NCBI GenBank assembly: GCA_964609655.1
Contig: CAZSUA010000001.1
Coordinates: forward strand, 11,839-75,838
Source: an uncultured Polyangiaceae bacterium
Lineage (GTDB): Bacteria; Myxococcota_A; Polyangia; Polyangiales; Polyangiaceae
Reading direction: 5' to 3'
Length of the DNA: 64,000 nt
Of this stretch, positions 58,213 to 64,000 are shown piece after piece; the first letter of the stretch is position 1; every line of letters starts with the position of its first letter. Both the position numbers and the translations under genes were made by a program. The notes beneath the pieces were generated by a model. That model did no database searches, had not been told where the DNA came from, and saw only the letters and a program-made list of their open reading frames with translations.

Positions 58213-59117
58213 GGAACGCCCCGAGCAATTCTCACGCCGTAGATGTGCCGGCCGAAGCTGGCCGAAGCTTGAGGCAAGACGCTCTTTGCCGGCTCAAAGA
58301 GAATCGCATGGCTTTGGTGGGTGCAGCGCTCATTGTTCTCATACTTTTGGCGTGTTTTGCAGTCCCGACGCTGCTCCATCTCGATCCGGTGACCACGGAT
58401 CCCCAAAACCAGAAGTTGCCACCGTCCGCGCGCTATTGGTTCGGAACGGATAACCTGGGAAGAGACTATTTCGCTCGCGTTCTAGTGGGTGGGCAAACAT
58501 CACTCTTGGTCGGTTTCGCCGCGACGGCGGCTTCTGTATTCGTCGGCGTCTTCTATGGCGCGGTGGCTGGCTACTACGGCGGCAAGGTCGACGATGTCAT
58601 GATGCGCTTAGTCGATTTTCTTTATGGCATTCCGTACATGTTCTTGGTGATCATCATCATGCTGATGTTTTCCGAAACGGCGCGAGGCGAGGCGCTGCCA
58701 GTGTTCCTGGCGCTCGGCTTGGTCCAGTGGCTGGACATGGCCCGCGTGATTCGTGGCCAAGTGCTGACACTGAGGCGCCGTGAATTCGTGTTGGCCGCTA
58801 GGCTCTTGGGTGCGAGTGGCCCACGAATTATCCTGACCCACATCCTGCCCAACGCCCTCGGAGTCATTCTCGTCTATGCAACGCTCACGGTTCCCGCCGT
58901 GATCATCCTCGAGTCCTTTCTCTCTTTTTTGGGGCTCGGAGTCACGCTTTCGTGGGGAGAATTGGTGGCCGAAGCGGTTGGCGTGGTCAATCCGATTCGC
59001 TCGTATTGGTGGCTACTTCTGTGGCCAAGTCTCTTTTTGGGTCTGACTCTTTTTAGCCTCAATTTTCTGGGAGATGGGCTCAGAGACGCAACGGATCCCC
59101 GGTCGAGGAAGCTATGA
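58209..59117 (+). CDS. ABC transporter permease (OppC/DppC type)
   Basis: YWFGTDNLGRDYFARVLVG and EFVLAARLLGASGPRIILTHILPN. The ATG at 58209 overlaps the upstream stop (ATGA), and the ORF-track start at 58068 lies inside the previous gene. Confidence 0.88.
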   Translation: MRNAPSNSHAVDVPAEAGRSLRQDALCRLKENRMALVGAALIVLILLACFAVPTLLHLDPVTTDPQNQKLPPSARYWFGTDNLGRDYFARVLVGGQTSLLVGFAATAASVFVGVFYGAVAGYYGGKVDDVMMRLVDFLYGIPYMFLVIIIMLMFSETARGEALPVFLALGLVQWLDMARVIRGQVLTLRRREFVLAARLLGASGPRIILTHILPNALGVILVYATLTVPAVIILESFLSFLGLGVTLSWGELVAEAVGVVNPIRSYWWLLLWPSLFLGLTLFSLNFLGDGLRDATDPRSRKL

Positions 59118-60115
59118 CCCCGGCGATTCCGAGCGCTCCGCTCCTTTCAGTTTCTGAGCTCGTGACAGATTTTCACGCAAAAAGCGGGACGGTGCGTGCC
59201 GTCGACCACGTCAGCTTCGACCTTAGCGCCGGTGAAGTGTTAGGTATCGTGGGCGAGTCTGGCTGTGGCAAGAGTGCGACTTGCCTGAGCATTCTGCGCC
59301 TTTTGCCCGAGCCCTATGGCCGCGTCACGAGTGGGAAGATCCTCTTTCAAGGCCAGGAGCTGACGACCGCATCCGAGCGTGAGCTGCAAAAGATCCGTGG
59401 GCGCAAGATTTCAATGATCTTCCAGGACCCAATGACAAGCCTCAATCCGTATCTCACGCTTGAGGAGCAGCTGACGGAGGTGCCTGTTCTGCACTTGGGC
59501 CTTTCGCGAGGCCTTGCCAAGAAGAAAGCCGTCGAGCTCTTAGACCGCGTGCGCATCGCGGATGCCAAGAGTCGAATCAAATCCTACCCCCATGAGCTCA
59601 GTGGCGGGATGAGGCAGCGTGTCATGATCGCCATGGCGTTGCTCTGCGATCCAGATTTGCTGATCGCCGATGAACCCACCACGGCACTCGATGTCACGAT
59701 TCAGGCCCAGATCCTGGATATCTTATTGGAACTCAAGGCCGAGAGAGGCCTTGCCATTATCCTGATCACTCACGATCTCGGAGTGATTGCGGGGATGGCC
59801 GATCAGGTACTCGTCATGTACGCGGGCAGAGTTGTGGAGCAGGCCAAGGCTCACGAGTTGTTCGCAACGCCGCTTCACCCTTACACGAGAGCGCTTCTAC
59901 AAAGCGCTCCCGGCATTGATCGCCATGGCACAGAGCGCCTTCAAAGTATTGAGGGTATGCCCCCGAGGCTTGATGGCGGTCCGTTCCGAAAGTGCTCGTT
60001 TCTCCCGCGCTGTCGCTTTGCGAAGCCTGCTTGCGCGGAGGGTGAGCCAGCACTTAAACTCATGGTCGACGCACATCGAAGCCGTTGCATATTAAATTCT
60101 GAGGAGCTGTTTTGA
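59114..60115 (+). CDS. ABC transporter ATP-binding protein (OppD/DppD type)
   Basis: [23 protein letters not shown] and [12 protein letters not shown]. Confidence 0.92.
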   Translation: MTPAIPSAPLLSVSELVTDFHAKSGTVRAVDHVSFDLSAGEVLGIVGESGCGKSATCLSILRLLPEPYGRVTSGKILFQGQELTTASERELQKIRGRKISMIFQDPMTSLNPYLTLEEQLTEVPVLHLGLSRGLAKKKAVELLDRVRIADAKSRIKSYPHELSGGMRQRVMIAMALLCDPDLLIADEPTTALDVTIQAQILDILLELKAERGLAIILITHDLGVIAGMADQVLVMYAGRVVEQAKAHELFATPLHPYTRALLQSAPGIDRHGTERLQSIEGMPPRLDGGPFRKCSFLPRCRFAKPACAEGEPALKLMVDAHRSRCILNSEELF

Positions 60116-61071
60116 TACTTGTGGCGCCGGCGCTCTTGAGTGCCCACGATCTTAGGGTGCACTTCCCAAGCACAGAAGGGCTCATCCGCGCCGTAGACGG
60201 CGTCACGCTCGACATCCAAGCTGGGGAAACGTTGGCCCTGGTGGGAGAATCTGGTTGTGGAAAGTCAACCGTAGCGCGGACCTTGCTGGGCTTGGAGCAC
60301 CCGACTTCGGGAACGATTCTTTTCGACGGAAAGCCCATGCAGCCCCTGGGAACACCCCAACGGAATGCTCTGTGCCGAGATCTCCAGATGATCTTTCAAG
60401 ACCCCGATGCGAGTCTGAATCCCAGATTAACTCTGGGGGCGTCGATTGGAGAGCCGGTGCTTTTGCATGAGAAGCTCCGCTCAAGCGAACGCGAGCGTCG
60501 CGTCTGCGAACTCATGAATCAGGTTGGGCTGGATCCCAGCATGCGTAATCGCTACCCACACGAGCTTTCGGGGGGCCAAAGGCAGCGCGTCTGTATTGCT
60601 CGCGCGCTCGCGGTGCGCCCACGCTTGATCGTCTGCGATGAAGCCGTGTCCGCGCTGGACGTATCGATTCAGGCGCAAATCCTGAACCTCCTGAAAGATC
60701 TCCAGAAAGAGTTCGGCCTTACCTATTTGTTCATCACTCACGATCTTGGCGTGGTCCGCTACATGGCCGATCGAATCTTTGTGATGTACCTCGGCCTCAT
60801 CGTAGAGAGCGGTTCGGCCTCCGACGTGCTGGATCGGCCGCGGCACCCCTATACGGAGTCCTTGATCGCTGCAATCCCGAACACGCAAGCTGGTCTCAGA
60901 CAAAGAGCCCGTCCCCTTGTGGGCGATGTTCCGTCGCCCACAAGGCCTCCACCGGGCTGCCGCTTTCACACCCGTTGCCCTCAAGTGATGGCCCGCTGCA
61001 GTACCGATATTCCTGGGCTTTTCGGTGAACCGCACAGCAGCCGGTGTTTCTTAAATCTGGAAGCAAAGTGA
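60112..61071 (+). CDS. ABC transporter ATP-binding protein (OppF/DppF type), normal length
   Basis: [36 protein letters not shown] and a GCRFHTRCP tail. Confidence 0.92.
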   Translation: MILVAPALLSAHDLRVHFPSTEGLIRAVDGVTLDIQAGETLALVGESGCGKSTVARTLLGLEHPTSGTILFDGKPMQPLGTPQRNALCRDLQMIFQDPDASLNPRLTLGASIGEPVLLHEKLRSSERERRVCELMNQVGLDPSMRNRYPHELSGGQRQRVCIARALAVRPRLIVCDEAVSALDVSIQAQILNLLKDLQKEFGLTYLFITHDLGVVRYMADRIFVMYLGLIVESGSASDVLDRPRHPYTESLIAAIPNTQAGLRQRARPLVGDVPSPTRPPPGCRFHTRCPQVMARCSTDIPGLFGEPHSSRCFLNLEAK

Positions 61072-61117
61072 GGCGAACGTCATGCACTGAGCAACTAAGC
61101 TCGTGCAATCGGTGCCT

Positions 61118-62503
61118 TCAGCCAGCATAAACACTGAGTCGCGAGATCACCGGGCACGCCTGGCTGGCGAGAATGCGCAAGCGCAGTTGTCCGGTGCGGC
61201 TAGGTGGCAGCGCGATGATGCGTTGTGCGCCGATGGTGGTGCCGCGATGAACTTCCAGCCAGTGTCCGTGCCAGACATCAATGGCGAAGGATTCAACGCG
61301 TTGTCCGAGGGTGATGAGCTCTTCCACGCGAACGCCAGCGATACGTTCTTCTGCCCTGAAATCGACGATGGCGGCTGCCGTTGTGCGACCGTCTGTCGGT
61401 GCCCACGCGGTATTCGCATTGCCATCGACGAGGTGTGAACCCGGATGCTCGGCACGGGCGTCATCGGTGGTCACTGCTTTTCCGTGCGCAACGTCGACCG
61501 CGGTGAAGGCCGCGACGCGTGCCTGGAAATCCGCGAGCGCGGCCACGTCTTCATTGGGGATCAGGCCACGCCGATCAGGCGCGAGATTCAGCAGGAAGGT
61601 GGCGCCACGGCCATACGACGACAGCCACAGGCCAAACAGTTCGGCTCCTGATTTCGGCTGCTCGGTGTGATGCCAGAACCAGCCCGGACGGATGCTGACA
61701 TCGACCTCGACACCCCGCCAGATGGTGCCATCGGCGTCGCCATGCGCGAGGCGTTCCATGTCGTCGACTAAGCCAGGCGCGAAACCTTCGGGACGTACTT
61801 TCGCCCAGTTGGTGCTGCCGGTGACGCCGCGTTCGTTGCCACACCAGCGGATGTCCGGGCCAGCGTCTGAAAACAGCACCGCATTGGGTTGCAGGTGACG
61901 ACATTCGGCCCATAGCTCGGGGAAGCGATAATAAGTGTGATTGTCGATTTTGCGGGTTTCCTTCGCGCCCCCATACCAGCCGTCGCCGCCATTGGCGCCA
62001 TCAAACCAGAATTCGAACAGATCGCCATATCCGGTTAACAATTCGCGCACCTGGGCGTGGTAGACATCGACATACGCCGGTGTGCCATAGGCAGGATGGT
62101 TGCGATCCCAGGGTGAGCAATACAACCCGACTTCGAGACCACCAGCGCGGCACGCTCGGGCGAATTCAGCAACGACATCACCCTGCCCGCCGCGAAACGG
62201 CGAGGCGCCGATGTGATGCGTGGTGGTGGCCGAGGGCCATAGGCAAAAGCCATCGTGGTGCTTGGCGGTTAGGATCAGTCCCTTCAGTCCGCCAGCCTTG
62301 GCAGCTGCGACCCATTGGTGCGCATCAAGGGCGGTGGGATTGAACGCAGCCGGATCTTCGTCGCCGAACCCCCATTCACGATCGGTGAAGGTGTTGGTGG
62401 TGAAATGCACGAAGCCATACAGCCCACGCTGATGCGCCGCACATTGGCGAGAACTGGGGACAGGTCCGTAGGCAGCTGGTTGATTGGCTAGGGATTGCGA
62501 CAT
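61118..62503 (-). CDS. alpha-L-fucosidase (GH29) with a C-terminal discoidin/F5-8 type C-like domain
   Basis: GH29 blocks FVHFTTNTFTDREWG and LTAKHHDGFCLWPS. No obvious signal peptide. Confidence 0.85.
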   Translation of the reverse strand: MSQSLANQPAAYGPVPSSRQCAAHQRGLYGFVHFTTNTFTDREWGFGDEDPAAFNPTALDAHQWVAAAKAGGLKGLILTAKHHDGFCLWPSATTTHHIGASPFRGGQGDVVAEFARACRAGGLEVGLYCSPWDRNHPAYGTPAYVDVYHAQVRELLTGYGDLFEFWFDGANGGDGWYGGAKETRKIDNHTYYRFPELWAECRHLQPNAVLFSDAGPDIRWCGNERGVTGSTNWAKVRPEGFAPGLVDDMERLAHGDADGTIWRGVEVDVSIRPGWFWHHTEQPKSGAELFGLWLSSYGRGATFLLNLAPDRRGLIPNEDVAALADFQARVAAFTAVDVAHGKAVTTDDARAEHPGSHLVDGNANTAWAPTDGRTTAAAIVDFRAEERIAGVRVEELITLGQRVESFAIDVWHGHWLEVHRGTTIGAQRIIALPPSRTGQLRLRILASQACPVISRLSVYAG

Positions 62504-62506
62504 GGC

Positions 62507-63235
62507 TTAAGAGAGAGCGACTGCGGGCCAGACCACGACGTCCAACTGTTTCGAAAAATGGAGCAACGGCAGGCCAGGAACAGCTAGGCCGTGAAAGTCG
62601 AACAGCGTGTTCGTGTCAATCGTAGCCTGAGCGCCCTGAAGCGGCCATTGAGCGTGGTGAACGTCATTGCGCAATATCGTTCCATTGGGGGACTGCGCGT
62701 AGAGGCAGTAGCGTTCGGTCAGCCAGTGTTCGAGAGAGCCCAGCTCAGAATTATAAACCGGTGTGGTGGGACGATAACTGGCGATTAATTGGGCACCCTC
62801 GCGAGTCGAGCGATAGTCGAATGAGTCGCCACGCGATGTGATCGACATCTGGGCTAGAAAATAGGGTAGATGGAAGAGCTTTTGCGCAGCCCAGACTGCT
62901 ATCGGGTTGCTCGCATCTAGGCTCAAGAACCAAACTCCAGGCTTGCCATCGCGTTCCACGTAAGTGCGCACATTGAGCTCGGGGAACGCAGAGAGCCAGG
63001 GCAGGTCCGGAAGTGGTCGCCGCATCACGCCGGTCATTCTGAAAGGCACCAAAGCGATCCAAGCGGTTCCGTCAAATTCTTGAAGCACAAGTTCGTGTGG
63101 CACCAACGGCCGGAGCACTGCTGCCGGAATCGGCCAATGAGCGAACAGGAGATCACACCACGACTGACGCCATTGCCACGGACCCTTCGGCAGCGGCCAA
63201 GGTCGATGTGCTGTCTCTGCGAGGGCGGGGTGCAT
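62507..63235 (-). CDS. DUF2071 (YqjF-like) family protein
   Basis: The N-terminal block W.Q.W.DLLFAHWP and the overall size resemble the family as I recall it. Confidence 0.6.
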   Translation of the reverse strand: MHPALAETAHRPWPLPKGPWQWRQSWCDLLFAHWPIPAAVLRPLVPHELVLQEFDGTAWIALVPFRMTGVMRRPLPDLPWLSAFPELNVRTYVERDGKPGVWFLSLDASNPIAVWAAQKLFHLPYFLAQMSITSRGDSFDYRSTREGAQLIASYRPTTPVYNSELGSLEHWLTERYCLYAQSPNGTILRNDVHHAQWPLQGAQATIDTNTLFDFHGLAVPGLPLLHFSKQLDVVVWPAVALS

Positions 63236-63323
63236 CGTTAGAAATCCAATTTACCAGTGAACAGCTCGGCCAACGGGGCTCTTCTACCACGCTCCGGATC
63301 CTTGGGCTATCAAGTCACCCACA

Positions 63324-64000
63324 ATGAACAGTCCTTGTTCCACTCTTTGCCTTGAGGCACCGGCCGAACGCTGGCTCGACGCGTTCCCGCTTGGAAATGG
63401 CCGTCTCGGAGCGATGGTGTTCGGCGGCACCACGCTCGAACGGATCGCCCTCAACCACGAAAACCTGTGGCGCGGAAAGCTCAAGTATCCGGAAATCCCT
63501 GAGGCGTATCCGCATCTGCCAGAAATCCGCGCGGCGTTTCTTGCGGGAGATATTTCGCGTGGGACGGAGCTTGCCAATCGCTATTTAGGTGGGCCGCCCT
63601 ATTCCGAAAGTGAGCTCACTCACGTCCAGCCTTTTCAGCCGTTTGGCGATATGGTGCTCACTTTGGATCTCCCGGATTCAGTTGGGGAATATCGTCGGAA
63701 GCTCGACCTCGACGCTGCCCTTGCCACCACAGAGTTCTGCTGTGGCTCGGCCCGCATCGTGCGTCGCGTGTTCGTGAGCGTGCCGGATCAAGTGTTGGTT
63801 TTGGAAATGGTGAGTAGCGAGCCGATTTCTGGAACCGTGGAGCTGTGCCGTACGCCCGATCCCGAGGCAACTCTAGGTCTTTGGAGTGCGGGTGATCTGT
63901 TTGGATTTGATGCCGAGTTTGTGGAAGGTATTCGGTTCTCTGCCTGCGCGGAGCTCAGCGTTGAGCAGGGGGAGCCAAGCCCGTTAAAGCCCGGAAGCCT
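63324..64000 (+). CDS. GH95-type glycoside hydrolase (alpha-L-fucosidase family), N-terminal part; continues beyond the window
   Basis: ATG at 63324. The translation ...WLDAFPLGNGRLGAMVFGGTTLERIALNHENLW matches the GH95 N-terminal hallmark. This ORF is absent from the ORF track because it runs off the window end. Confidence 0.75.
   Translation, partial: MNSPCSTLCLEAPAERWLDAFPLGNGRLGAMVFGGTTLERIALNHENLWRGKLKYPEIPEAYPHLPEIRAAFLAGDISRGTELANRYLGGPPYSESELTHVQPFQPFGDMVLTLDLPDSVGEYRRKLDLDAALATTEFCCGSARIVRRVFVSVPDQVLVLEMVSSEPISGTVELCRTPDPEATLGLWSAGDLFGFDAEFVEGIRFSACAELSVEQGEPSPLKPGS

Noticed and set aside
61084-61106. Hairpin gcactgagc-aactaa-gctcgtgc between the last Opp ATPase gene and the fucosidase gene, as a terminator
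   Set aside because: The stem is bulged and short, and there is no U-tract on either strand.

Overview
This is a GC-rich bacterial chromosomal segment. Its gene content (pilMNOPQ, eukaryotic-like Ser/Thr kinases, a sigma-54 enhancer-binding protein, an ABC/GldG-like/DUF4340 cluster) looks Myxococcota-like; that taxonomic call is inference only. Every call comes from reading the ORF translations and the DNA by eye. No searches were run, so family names are motif-level recollections.

Layout:
- 1-13.4 kb: hslO 3' end, typA, an orphan Dam-like methylase, cdsA, gdh, and a sigma-70-family factor divergent from pilMNOPQ.
- 13.5-22.5 kb: a small ORF, a 1396-aa kinase-helical-GAF-sigma54 AAA+-HTH protein, a repeat-rich non-coding gap, a two-finger PARP-type zinc-finger protein, a second kinase, an SH3 protein and a hypothetical.
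- 22.5-34.7 kb: one long minus-strand array of secA, a 2-hydroxyacid dehydrogenase, glgP, an ABC ATPase, a permease, a GldG-like gene and a DUF4340-like gene.
- 34.9-42.1 kb: ttcA, a greA-like gene, recQ and envelope or sugar-modifying genes.
- 42.1-47.4 kb: a decayed accessory islet with gene fragments, imperfect direct repeats, an esterase, a Uma2 nuclease, a Spy-like gene, a MazEF-type toxin-antitoxin pair and an AAA/DUF4143 ATPase.
- 47.7-61.1 kb: two tandem five-gene Opp/Dpp-type ABC importers.
- 61.1-64 kb: fucosidase genes.

Most worth a second look:
1. The first Opp-like operon, where every subunit is oversized and the OppF-type ATPase is fused through three TM helices to a GspG-like pseudopilin domain.
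2. A standalone double PARP-type zinc-finger protein sitting between a kinase-fused sigma-54 activator and a second kinase, next to a strongly G-over-C-skewed tandem-repeat gap.
3. The 42-47 kb islet, with att-like repeats, pseudogenes, a toxin-antitoxin pair and nuclease-type ATPases.

I recognised no rRNA, tRNA, CRISPR array, transposase or integrase. I cannot show that any of these is truly undescribed without database searches.
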